NCBI GenBank assembly: GCA_047639395.1
Contig: JBLINR010000003.1
Span: 1-36,503, forward strand
Source of the DNA: Candidatus Woesearchaeota archaeon
GTDB lineage: Archaea > Nanobdellota > Nanobdellia > Woesearchaeales > DATGWN01
Direction of reading: 5' to 3'
DNA: 36,503 bases
In this document: positions 17,863 to 26,971 of the stretch, in pieces
How positions within the stretch are numbered: the stretch's first letter is position 1
How the letters are laid out: every line of letters begins with the position of its first letter
Made by a program: the position numbers and the translations under genes
The notes under the pieces: generated by a model
The model's database searches: none
What the model saw: the letters and a program-made list of their open reading frames with translations, nothing else
What the model was told of the DNA's origin: nothing

Positions 17863-18099
17863 ATGGCTAAGAAAAAGACGGTTAAACGAGCTACTAAGAA
17901 GGTTGCAAAAAAAGTAACAACGAAAAAAGTAGCTAAGAAAAAAGTAGCTAAGAAAAAAGTAGCTAAGAAAAAAGTAGCTAAGAAAAAAGTAGCTAAGAAA
18001 AAAGTAGCTAAGAAAAAAGTAGCTAAAAAGAAAGTTGCTAAGAAAAAAGTAGCTAAAAAGAAAGTTGCTAAGAAAAAACCAGCAAAACGAAGAAAGTAA
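17863..18099 (+). CDS. Small basic histone H1-like (Hc2/HctB-like composition) protein with (KKVAK)n repeats
   Basis: 78 aa: MAKKK start, 10x KKVAK plus KKPAK. It is on the same strand as all neighbours and has an upstream TATA box. Variation between repeats is synonymous in this frame. Confidence 0.75.
   Translation: MAKKKTVKRATKKVAKKVTTKKVAKKKVAKKKVAKKKVAKKKVAKKKVAKKKVAKKKVAKKKVAKKKVAKKKPAKRRK
17923..18087 (+). repeat. 15-bp tandem repeat (AAAAAAGTAGCTAAG), 11 units
   Basis: Units 1-6 are identical (17923-18012). A 30-bp variant pair AAAAAAGTAGCTAAA-AAGAAAGTTGCTAAG then occurs twice (18013-18072), followed by one degenerate unit. Confidence 0.95.
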
Positions 18100-18141
18100 A
18101 ATTGCAATCTTCATTTCATTTATTTAATTGGTGATGTAAGC

Positions 18142-18570
18142 ATGGGAGTATTGATCTGGATAATCGGCATCATTCTCCTTTTGCTCGCGTTATCAATTAT
18201 ATTTAAAATTCTTAAATTTACTGTTAAAATCGTGAGTTTAGTACTAATTCTTGCACTTATAGGTGGTGGTTTCTATCTATTTGGTTCCACACAGCTTCTT
18301 ATACCGCAAGCCCTTCATATATTAAACGATACTTCGGATACAATGAGGTATGTTGCAGTTTCAAACGAGACTCAAGAAGCAATTTTTGTAACTGATCCTG
18401 ATATTTCGCTTTATTCTGTGATATTTACTCACAAATATTTGGAAATAAGTTGTCTTGAAGATGATGTCGAATTGGTCTACGAAGAATGTATAAAGAAACG
18501 GATACTAAATGCCACTATGCTCGCAAAATTACTTGCAAACGATTCAGTGAGTATTTCAAAGTCTAAGTAG
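18142..18570 (+). CDS. Small membrane protein with two N-terminal TM helices, unknown function
   Basis: 142-aa ORF with a GGTGA SD upstream. The first ~50 aa are strongly hydrophobic. Confidence 0.7.
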   Translation: MGVLIWIIGIILLLLALSIIFKILKFTVKIVSLVLILALIGGGFYLFGSTQLLIPQALHILNDTSDTMRYVAVSNETQEAIFVTDPDISLYSVIFTHKYLEISCLEDDVELVYEECIKKRILNATMLAKLLANDSVSISKSK

Positions 18571-18589
18571 GCTGACATTTCGGGGTATT

Positions 18590-21565
18590 ATGCAAAAAAG
18601 AGGGTTGTTTATACTAATTACGTTGATGGTACTATTCTGTACAACGACAGTTTTTGCTGATTATATTTTGTCAACTGCAGTATATGAAAGTTTAGATACC
18701 TTTGCTTTAGATGACAAAGAATATGAAGTTCAGATAAGTGCGTCTTCAATATTATTAAAAAGTACGATAAATCCTTCTGAATCATATATTATTTCTTTAG
18801 GCAAAGACAAAGAAATTGGTAACTATAGAGTTTCATTTGATTCTTTAGCATCTGATATTGATGATATTCATTCAAATAGACAATACTTTCGAGCAACACT
18901 CACACTTACACAATTACTTCCTTTTATTGATGCAAACTGGCAATTAACAACAAATGGTTCTTATGTTTTAGATACATATATCTTTGAGGTCACATTTGAG
19001 AATAAAGGAAATATAACTGCGCAAAATTTTGAATATATTCATAATCTACCTGAGGGGTTTGTCTTGGAGAGACAAAGTGGATCTTGTTCAAATCTGAATG
19101 GGAAAATAAGTATTAGTACAACTATAGGTGTTGATCAATTATTGGAATGTGAATATACAGTTCATACAAATAAATCCTATGTCGGTCATTTACTTTCACC
19201 TACGTATTATTGGACTGACTATCGTGGTCGTCATCAAAAAAGTTTAAATCCTATTTTATTTACTGCACAAGATTTGGTAGATATTGTTGTTACAGTAACA
19301 GGCGACGCTCAATTAGATGCAAAATCAAATATCACTTTGTCTTTAGAAAATAATATTGATGACTCTGTTGTGGTAGAATCTTTACGAGTTTTTGTTCCTG
19401 AATATTATCAATTCGTGTCGGCAACACATAGGGCTTCTATTACTGATAACGAAGAAATTCGTGATGTTCTTGGTAAGTTTTGGCTTGCAACACTTCGATA
19501 CAGACTATCTGCCGATTCATCTATTGTTGATAACATAAGTGTTCGTGCAATTAGACCTGGACAAGTTCCTATTTATTATGAGTATATATATTCTTACGAT
19601 GGAGAGTTGATAAAAAGTCCTATCTATGCCTTTGATGATACAATTGCCATTCCTGATGATATTATTTATGTTGGACTCAATGAAACGCCTTCAAAGATTG
19701 ATCCGCAGAATGTGTTTACTCCTACAATAACATTTGTTAATAATAGGTCTGACACACTCACTGAGTCCGAAATTCAAATTCATTTTAAAAATTTAATCAA
19801 TGAGACGATACATAACGTATCAGCATGGTTTATCATTAATGGTGACAATTATTCTTTATTTCAAAAAAAGACAGTTCCACGTTTTACTAGATTACGTGCA
19901 GATAATCTTTTTTATGTGATGCCGCCTGTAACTGCCTCTAAAGAAATAACATATACGAGTGCTATTGCGTACACTCTCTATAAGAAAAAATATATTATGC
20001 AAAATGATTCAACCATTACAGTGAAACCTGTTGAAGCTTTTGATATAACGCGTGTATTTAGTCCTGCCGGCCAACAAGAAGTTGATCGTCCTTTTTTTGT
20101 TACTGTAACTGCGAAAACTTCACGAGAAAATAGGGCTGAAAATGTCACTTTTGTTGAACATATTCCTACTAACTTTATTTTAGTTGGAGGTGTGACAAAT
20201 CGTACTATGTCGCTTATTGAAGATGAATTAGAAACTGTATACTCTTACCAACTAATTCCAAAATACGTTGACGAAGATACAAAAGTGACTCTTACTACAG
20301 AAGTAGATTATCAACTTCAGAAAGGCGCACTTGCTTTAAATTATTCTCAAAATGAAACGACTGAACTTACAATCGGCGAGTTTGATGATTTATTAAGTAT
20401 AACACCAACATTTGATTCAAAGGTCGCTCAACTAGGAACAATTCTAAGTCCTAGGGTGGACGTTTCAAATAATGGGTCGACTGATCTACATAATATTTCT
20501 TTGCAAGTAAATACGCGTTACTTTGACTCTGCTGGTCAGTCTCGTATTTTTATACCCCTCTTATTTCCAAATGAAACCAAAACGCTTTATTTATCACTAC
20601 GAATTATTGCTCCATTTCGTAAAGACGAAGTATTAGTTTTTAATGCAACATACACAACAACGAATAAGGTCACTGTTCCTATTAATACGAGTTTACAAAA
20701 ATTGCAGTATGTGGATAGTAATATCCCTGGACCATTATTTGATATTACAATTCAATCTGTTGAACTAACGAAACAAAGTAGTATGAACACAAATTCGACG
20801 AGTAAAAGTATCTTTCACACAAATGTTACTTTGACGAACTGGGGGAATACGTCGACTTATATTAATATCACCATAAATGGCACGCGGAAATCCTTTTTTG
20901 TTTCTGCAAATTCTAGTGTCCAGTTAAAATACTTGACAAATACGCTATTACCCGTATCTGAGTATATTTCTTATTACTTTTTACAACAAAACTTCTTGTC
21001 ACAAATAAAAACTGATTATTTGGTGAGCAAAGTTCCTGTGATGATAATTGGAAATGTAACGCCGACAAATGTAAGTTCCAATTCTACTACAAGTAAAGTT
21101 AAGACTGGGAAGGGAGTTTCGGGAACACAAATTCCCGCGGAAGTATTTCAGTCTAAAGTTGATTTAAGTAGTACTAAAATAGTAATACTCCTTATTATCG
21201 CTTTATTAGTATTAGTAGTTACTCTTCTTGTGTTCTTACGTCATAAAAAAATAACAACTGGTGTTGTTAGTAAAATTACTTCTAAATTTATACATCACAC
21301 ACAACAACCTGTTCAAAAACAAACTACTGCGCCTACTGATGAACTATTAAAACCAAAAAACCTGCTTGATACACCTGAACGCACACGTGAGCGTCTAGCT
21401 AAATTAAAACCAGTGCAGTCTCTTTCTATGTCTCGTATGAAAAATATGCAAGAGCGTTCTGAAAAACTGTCTAAGAGTCCTACAACTGATCCTGTTTCTG
21501 AGAGTAGAAAAAAATTAGATGAATTGAAAAAACGTTTCCTGAAATCTGATTTTTCTAAAAAATAG
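18590..21565 (+). CDS. Secreted, C-terminally anchored multi-Ig (DUF11/CARDB/COG1361-like) surface protein
   Basis: Signal peptide MQKRGLFILITLMVLFCTTTVFA. Repeated Ig-like motifs (VTFENKGNITAQN...LPEGF; AENVTFVEHIPTNF; DVSNNGSTDLHNI). TM at ~21179-21238 followed by RHKK and a charged cytoplasmic tail. Confidence 0.8.
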   Translation: MQKRGLFILITLMVLFCTTTVFADYILSTAVYESLDTFALDDKEYEVQISASSILLKSTINPSESYIISLGKDKEIGNYRVSFDSLASDIDDIHSNRQYFRATLTLTQLLPFIDANWQLTTNGSYVLDTYIFEVTFENKGNITAQNFEYIHNLPEGFVLERQSGSCSNLNGKISISTTIGVDQLLECEYTVHTNKSYVGHLLSPTYYWTDYRGRHQKSLNPILFTAQDLVDIVVTVTGDAQLDAKSNITLSLENNIDDSVVVESLRVFVPEYYQFVSATHRASITDNEEIRDVLGKFWLATLRYRLSADSSIVDNISVRAIRPGQVPIYYEYIYSYDGELIKSPIYAFDDTIAIPDDIIYVGLNETPSKIDPQNVFTPTITFVNNRSDTLTESEIQIHFKNLINETIHNVSAWFIINGDNYSLFQKKTVPRFTRLRADNLFYVMPPVTASKEITYTSAIAYTLYKKKYIMQNDSTITVKPVEAFDITRVFSPAGQQEVDRPFFVTVTAKTSRENRAENVTFVEHIPTNFILVGGVTNRTMSLIEDELETVYSYQLIPKYVDEDTKVTLTTEVDYQLQKGALALNYSQNETTELTIGEFDDLLSITPTFDSKVAQLGTILSPRVDVSNNGSTDLHNISLQVNTRYFDSAGQSRIFIPLLFPNETKTLYLSLRIIAPFRKDEVLVFNATYTTTNKVTVPINTSLQKLQYVDSNIPGPLFDITIQSVELTKQSSMNTNSTSKSIFHTNVTLTNWGNTSTYINITINGTRKSFFVSANSSVQLKYLTNTLLPVSEYISYYFLQQNFLSQIKTDYLVSKVPVMIIGNVTPTNVSSNSTTSKVKTGKGVSGTQIPAEVFQSKVDLSSTKIVILLIIALLVLVVTLLVFLRHKKITTGVVSKITSKFIHHTQQPVQKQTTAPTDELLKPKNLLDTPERTRERLAKLKPVQSLSMSRMKNMQERSEKLSKSPTTDPVSESRKKLDELKKRFLKSDFSKK

Positions 21566-21622
21566 GAATTCTTGAGTTTTTTTGATTTCTAGAGGTGAAA
21601 GTCATATTACTATTTTCTAGTT

Positions 21623-21642
21623 ACAATAAAGTTATATAAATA
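21623..21642 (+). promoter_or_regulatory. Putative BRE-TATA promoter for the coiled-coil/pilus ATPase operon
   Basis: ACAATAAAG-TTATATAAATA in the 185-nt intergenic gap, with a strong SD GAGGTGA at 21740-21746. Confidence 0.5.
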
Positions 21643-21750
21643 AACTAAGACGTTTTTACCTATGGGCTTAGGGTAATTGCTAATGAAAAAAGAGGGTTGT
21701 AGATTAGTATCTCTACACAGTGTAAGTATATATACACTTGAGGTGACTGT

Positions 21751-23184
21751 GTGAGTAACGCGAAGTATCTTTGTATGTACGTTCTTAAGCGAATTCCAAA
21801 CATTTCTTTAGAAGAATTAGAGTCATTATTTTCTCGTTGCAATCTTACTACTACAAAAAAAGGCTTAAAAACTATCTTAAGTCAAGCAAAACGTTCTTAC
21901 AAAAAAACTCATATGAAAACAATAAAGGCACGTCTATCTCAAGATTACAAAGAAGCTGTTGATTTACTAGTGCAACCTGAACAACACTGTGTTCTTCCTG
22001 ATTTCCCGGATATTACTGATGGACAACAAGTAACATCTCTTTTGTCAAACTCAATTACTGAGAACCAAACATTTATTCCAACTGAACAATCAAACTTAAT
22101 TAGCAACCCGCAGTTCGTTGAATCAGTTGTCACGCCGTCGCCTGCGTCGTTTGACACTGTTTCTTCTTTAGAAAATATGCAATCATCAACAAGATTACAA
22201 GAACTTGTACTTCAAGCCCAAAACCAAGCTCTTATAGATCGAATTACATCTGAGTCCGATCCGAGAGTATTACATATTGTTGAATTACTTGATGCAAAAG
22301 CACATTATGTGAACGATTTACTTTCTCAACAGGTACAACAACAAAAGTCTCTATTTGCTCAACAAAAACAAGTATCTGAGTTGTCTACGCATGTTTCAGG
22401 TGTTTCAACACGTCTTATTCAGCAACGAGACGCAGTGCATATTCAAATTCGTCAATTAGAGCAAGAGCGTCAACAAAATAGGATGGCTGTTGAACATAGT
22501 AAACAAGAATTATTAGCAAGACAATCTGATCTTTCTATTCTTGTGTCGCAAATAACACAAGCAAAGAAAACACTTACTGAATTATCTTCTGCACACTCTG
22601 CCCAAAATGAGTATATGCGAGCCCAACTTCAACAAATTGCTCAACAGAAGAATAATCTCATTGCCAAACAACAAGAAGTTGATTCAAAACATGGTTTGAT
22701 AACGCAACAACAGAATCAATTAAATGATTTAGCAAATAAATTGCATATGCGTCAGGCTGAATTAGAACAGTCTATTACAGTGTATAATCAACGTATGCAT
22801 CAAGCGACTCAGCAAACAATTTCAAACGATGCGTTACGTGAAAATATCTTGGCCGAACAAAAAACAATAGACGCAAGATCGCATGCATTTGCAGTTCGTC
22901 ATTCTAATGCTGCGCCTGTAAGTAGCGCACCAACATATGAAATTACTCTTGATGAACCACCGGTACCACAACATCCCGTTTCTCATAATCATCCATCTAA
23001 AAAACCAGGTTTATCTGACTTAATTGATACAATGCTTGACGTTATGGCCCATGAAGCGAGAGTTGATATGGTGAGTGCCAAGAAAACATATCTGAAAATA
23101 AAATCCCTTTTCGAAGATCTTCCTGAATCCAAAAAGCCACAGTACAAAGAAAAGATAATTACTGCATTTGAGGCACTACAATGA
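21751..23184 (+). CDS. Gln-rich long coiled-coil protein
   Basis: GTG start after GAGGTGA. Central Q/L-rich heptads and a compact helical C-terminal domain (AKKTYLKIKSLFEDLPESKK). The stop overlaps the next start (ATGA). Confidence 0.78.
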   Translation: MSNAKYLCMYVLKRIPNISLEELESLFSRCNLTTTKKGLKTILSQAKRSYKKTHMKTIKARLSQDYKEAVDLLVQPEQHCVLPDFPDITDGQQVTSLLSNSITENQTFIPTEQSNLISNPQFVESVVTPSPASFDTVSSLENMQSSTRLQELVLQAQNQALIDRITSESDPRVLHIVELLDAKAHYVNDLLSQQVQQQKSLFAQQKQVSELSTHVSGVSTRLIQQRDAVHIQIRQLEQERQQNRMAVEHSKQELLARQSDLSILVSQITQAKKTLTELSSAHSAQNEYMRAQLQQIAQQKNNLIAKQQEVDSKHGLITQQQNQLNDLANKLHMRQAELEQSITVYNQRMHQATQQTISNDALRENILAEQKTIDARSHAFAVRHSNAAPVSSAPTYEITLDEPPVPQHPVSHNHPSKKPGLSDLIDTMLDVMAHEARVDMVSAKKTYLKIKSLFEDLPESKKPQYKEKIITAFEALQ

Positions 23185-24854
23185 TGTTCTTTAAGAAAAA
23201 TAAACCTGAACAATCCCCATCATCACTAGACGATATTGATTCACAGGCAAAAAAACATATAGATGAATTAGGGACTCTTTTACAAAAAGTAGAATCTTCA
23301 TCATCCGACCTTGATTCAGCAAAATCTCAGATTTTTCATTCTAAAGAAGATCTTGATGCAAAAGCGATTCAAATTAAAGAATTAATTGCTGCAGTCCAAA
23401 AAAGAGTTGAACAGCTTGTTATCAAAGAACAATCCTTACAAATAATGGAGCAAGATTTGTATAAGTCAAAAAAAATATTTTTGCAACAAAGACAACAAAA
23501 TCTTAGTTTGGACCAGTCTCTTGAAAAAAAGCGAACAGCATTAGTAAAAAAAGAACAAGAATTGGTAACTTTACGCCAGGACTTACACCACCATGTATCA
23601 CATTACAATAAACATCATGATTCTGTAATTAAATTACAAGAATCACACACTCACTCTAAATCTGCTCTTGATAAACGATATGCAGACCTTGTTCAGAAAG
23701 AACAACATGTGGACTTGCTTCGAAAACAAATACAAGAGCATCTGGCTCAAGCGAAGAGATTAGAAAAAGAAGCAAAAGAAAAACAAAAATATTTGGACAA
23801 ACGAGAACGATTGCTTAAAGACGTAACTGAATATAAGTCACAAATAGAACACTCTACAAAAGAATACAAACGTGTTGTAAAGGAGTTTGATCATGTTAAT
23901 TTAATTTATTCGAAGAAATTTGAAGGATATAGAAAACTTACATCAAATATTCGTGAAAAAGAACTTCAATTAAAAGAACTTGAATCCAGACAGATGTTTG
24001 TTGAGAGAAGTACGACGCAATTACAAAGTGAACTTGAGTTACGAGAAAAGTTTCTTAAAAAGGTAGAAGAAGATCTAACACAAAAAGAAATCAAAGTTAA
24101 AGAGAAAAATCAAGAGTTATTCCAACAAAGTTTCAAACTTCAAGAAAAGCAATCTGTTGCAGATGGCTCTGTTGCAGTTTTAAAAGAAAAAGAAAAAATC
24201 CTTCTTGCTAAAGAGAATAAACTAAGACTCAAAGAAACTGAACTTAAAGATCTTGAAGTTCGAGATCAACAGATGAAGGATAGTCTTCAAGAATTTGAAG
24301 AGCGTGAGCGGTTAATGAATGAGCAGTTATTAGAGTTTGAACGCACACAACGTTCTCTTGAGATTTTACGAGATCGAATTAGTCAGCGTGAAGGAGAACT
24401 TGGAACAAAAGAAGCAGATTCTAAACCATTACAGCTCAAAGCACAAATCGCATCCTTACAAAAAGAAAAAGAAACTATTCAAAGTCAGCTTGTTGAATCT
24501 CAGGCTAAACGAGAGGAAAATTCATTAAAAATTCAAGAGTTAACAACAACTATCTCAAACTTAACTAAGAAGAATAAAGAAAATGAGAAACTCACTGAAC
24601 AAATTGCTGATTTTAAGAAGAACCTCGAAGAATTAGACTTACAAAATCAAAAATTATCATCTGAAATGAACGCAACGGGTAGAATTCAAAAAGATGATGA
24701 TGTTAAAGAAGTTCTAGAAATTGTTGATCGTCTACTTGAGCACTTACCTGAAGATATTATGATAACATTTGTGAAATCTAATGACTTTAAGAAATTTGAA
24801 CAAATATTCGTTAAATATGAAGTTGGTAAGAAAGAAACCAAAAAAGGTGGATAA
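23181..24854 (+). CDS. Glu/Lys-rich long coiled-coil protein with small C-terminal helical domain
   Basis: About 480 aa of continuous heptads with no Walker motifs. C-terminus DDDVKEVLEIVDRLLEHLPEDIMITFVKSNDFKKFEQIFVKY. Confidence 0.8.
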   Translation: MMFFKKNKPEQSPSSLDDIDSQAKKHIDELGTLLQKVESSSSDLDSAKSQIFHSKEDLDAKAIQIKELIAAVQKRVEQLVIKEQSLQIMEQDLYKSKKIFLQQRQQNLSLDQSLEKKRTALVKKEQELVTLRQDLHHHVSHYNKHHDSVIKLQESHTHSKSALDKRYADLVQKEQHVDLLRKQIQEHLAQAKRLEKEAKEKQKYLDKRERLLKDVTEYKSQIEHSTKEYKRVVKEFDHVNLIYSKKFEGYRKLTSNIREKELQLKELESRQMFVERSTTQLQSELELREKFLKKVEEDLTQKEIKVKEKNQELFQQSFKLQEKQSVADGSVAVLKEKEKILLAKENKLRLKETELKDLEVRDQQMKDSLQEFEERERLMNEQLLEFERTQRSLEILRDRISQREGELGTKEADSKPLQLKAQIASLQKEKETIQSQLVESQAKREENSLKIQELTTTISNLTKKNKENEKLTEQIADFKKNLEELDLQNQKLSSEMNATGRIQKDDDVKEVLEIVDRLLEHLPEDIMITFVKSNDFKKFEQIFVKYEVGKKETKKGG

Positions 24855-24856
24855 AA

Positions 24857-26971
24857 TTGGGTTTAATGGATAAAGCAAAAGGAATACAATCAGGAACAAC
24901 TGATTCGAAACCAGCAACTCCTCAAGCGCCACCTATACAAACTCCTGTTGGACCACCAGTATCTGCACCTGCTCAAAAATCTACGCCATCTTCGACATCA
25001 CACTCTCAACCTTCATCATCACCGAATAAGGACGCAGGATTTGGTGCACTTCAAAAAGAACATACGGAAAGTCTGTCTAAAGAATCATCACCTATTGATA
25101 AAGAAGTTTCAAAACAAATCTCTGATCACAAGAAAGTTGTTGAAGAAACAGGGAGTCTTGATTGGGATAATGAAGAGATTAGAAACAAACTTTCAAATTT
25201 GCCAGTAGGATCTAAAATTGACACTATTTATGATACACTCTATGATACACTCAAAAATTCAAAGAAGATGACTTATAGGCAACTTGCAGCACAGACAGGG
25301 CTATCACAAAATCAATTAGATGAGTATCTTAGACTATTTTCAAAGGAAGGTGTTGTGACAATATCTTATCCACTTTTATTTCTCACGTCTCCTACTGTTG
25401 AATATATTTATGAAGAACCAATTAAGTCAAAAACGCTTCCGTTAACGGATAGAAGAAAGTTGCTTGAAGATTATACTGTATTTGCAGACTATGTTGTTGT
25501 AAACGTTAAATTATGGTCTGAACCTTTGCACTCAACACCGATTTATGAGATCATTGATCATAAAATTGGAATGGGAACAGAACTTTTAATGAAAAACTTA
25601 ATTTCACAACTTGCCTCAATTGTTTCTATCAGCAATGATGATATTACTGATGCTAAAAAACTGTATGCTGCAAAAAAATATGCATTTGAAAGTGCATTAA
25701 CACTTATCAAAAAACATATTGATATTGCTGAAGAACTGCAGTATACACTTGCAGGGACAATGCTACACCGCTTTTTCGGTTTAGGTGACTTAGAAGTTGT
25801 TATGCTTGATAACTGGTTAGAGGAAGTTGCAATTAATAGTGGGACAGAACCATTAAGTTTGTATCATAAACGATATGGTTGGGTAAAAACAACACGTTAT
25901 TTTAATCGTGAAGGAGAAATTTATAATATTTCTGCATACATTGGACGAAAAGTTGGAAAGCAAATTAACTCGTTAGACCCTATCATGGATGCGCATCTGC
26001 AGACTGGTGATCGGGTTGCAGCAACGTTATTTCCTATTAGTACGGAAGGTGACACAATCACTATTCGACGTTTCTCAAGAAATCCATGGACTGTTGTACA
26101 CATGGTTGATGAAAAAAACCATACTATGTCTAAAGAGATTCTTTCATTCTTATGGCTTGCAATTCAGTATGAATTAAATATTATTGTTGCAGGTGGAACT
26201 GCGTCTGGAAAAACAAGTGCACTAAATACACTTGCCTCATTAATTCCGCCAACAAACAGAATCATTAGTATTGAAGATACGCGTGAATTAAGTTTACCAA
26301 GTGAATTACATTGGAACTGGGTCCCACTTAATTCAAAGTCTGCAAATGCTGAAGGACAAGGAGAAGTATCAATGCTTGATTTAATGGTAGCATCATTACG
26401 TATGCGTCCTGACAGGATTCTGGTAGGCGAGATTAGACGAAAAGCACAAGCTGAAGCAATGTTTGAAGCCATGCATACGGGGCATTCTGTATCAGCAACA
26501 ATGCACGCAGATACAAGTGAGCAAGTGAAACATCGACTGACTCAGCCTCCTATTGATATTCCTGAAAATGAATTACAAGCACTCCATCTTGTTGTTGTAC
26601 AATACCGGGACCGAAGACGGGGTATTCGAAGAACACTTGAAGTAAGTGAGCTATTACCAGGATCTGGAGATAACAAAGTTAATATGAATTATTTATTCAG
26701 ATGGCGTCCTCGTAATGATACATTTGTGAAAGAAGAAGAGAGTATTCGTGTAGTTGAAGATTTGAATTTGCACACTGGTATGACACAAAAGGAAATTGAA
26801 CAAGATTTAGTTGACAAAGAACGTGTATTAACTTGGCTTCAAGAGAATAAATTATTTGATGTTGATAAAGTTGGACACGTTATGCGTATTTATTACAAAT
26901 ATCCGAAAATCCTTTATGATATTATCGATGACAACGGAAAATGGCATGACTTGGTACAAACAACAAAATGA
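24857..26971 (+). CDS. Type IV pilus assembly ATPase (TadA/CpaF/VirB11 family) with N-terminal extension
   Basis: G.G.LE....D..LEEVAIN, ITIRRF, Walker A GGTASGKT (26192-26215), Asp box IISIEDTREL, LRMRPDRILVGEIR and His box AMHTGH...ATMHA. The start is TTG 24857 or ATG 24866. Confidence 0.93.
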   Translation: MGLMDKAKGIQSGTTDSKPATPQAPPIQTPVGPPVSAPAQKSTPSSTSHSQPSSSPNKDAGFGALQKEHTESLSKESSPIDKEVSKQISDHKKVVEETGSLDWDNEEIRNKLSNLPVGSKIDTIYDTLYDTLKNSKKMTYRQLAAQTGLSQNQLDEYLRLFSKEGVVTISYPLLFLTSPTVEYIYEEPIKSKTLPLTDRRKLLEDYTVFADYVVVNVKLWSEPLHSTPIYEIIDHKIGMGTELLMKNLISQLASIVSISNDDITDAKKLYAAKKYAFESALTLIKKHIDIAEELQYTLAGTMLHRFFGLGDLEVVMLDNWLEEVAINSGTEPLSLYHKRYGWVKTTRYFNREGEIYNISAYIGRKVGKQINSLDPIMDAHLQTGDRVAATLFPISTEGDTITIRRFSRNPWTVVHMVDEKNHTMSKEILSFLWLAIQYELNIIVAGGTASGKTSALNTLASLIPPTNRIISIEDTRELSLPSELHWNWVPLNSKSANAEGQGEVSMLDLMVASLRMRPDRILVGEIRRKAQAEAMFEAMHTGHSVSATMHADTSEQVKHRLTQPPIDIPENELQALHLVVVQYRDRRRGIRRTLEVSELLPGSGDNKVNMNYLFRWRPRNDTFVKEEESIRVVEDLNLHTGMTQKEIEQDLVDKERVLTWLQENKLFDVDKVGHVMRIYYKYPKILYDIIDDNGKWHDLVQTTK

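Noticed and set aside
17923-18087. Tandem repeat as a CRISPR array
   Set aside because: The 15-bp units are contiguous with no spacers, they are in frame, and there are no cas genes.
17761-18114. Minus-strand ORFs with [10 protein letters not shown] repeats (17761-18114, 17829-18107)
   Set aside because: They are antisense shadows of the KKVAK minisatellite. The promoter and gene orientation favour the + strand.
21751-24854. SMC/Rad50 proteins
   Set aside because: Coiled coil only, with no Walker A/B, signature motif, hinge or zinc hook.
25229-25252. 12-bp direct repeat TATGATACACTC x2
   Set aside because: It is a small in-frame duplication (YDTL-YDTL) with no sign of a mobile element.
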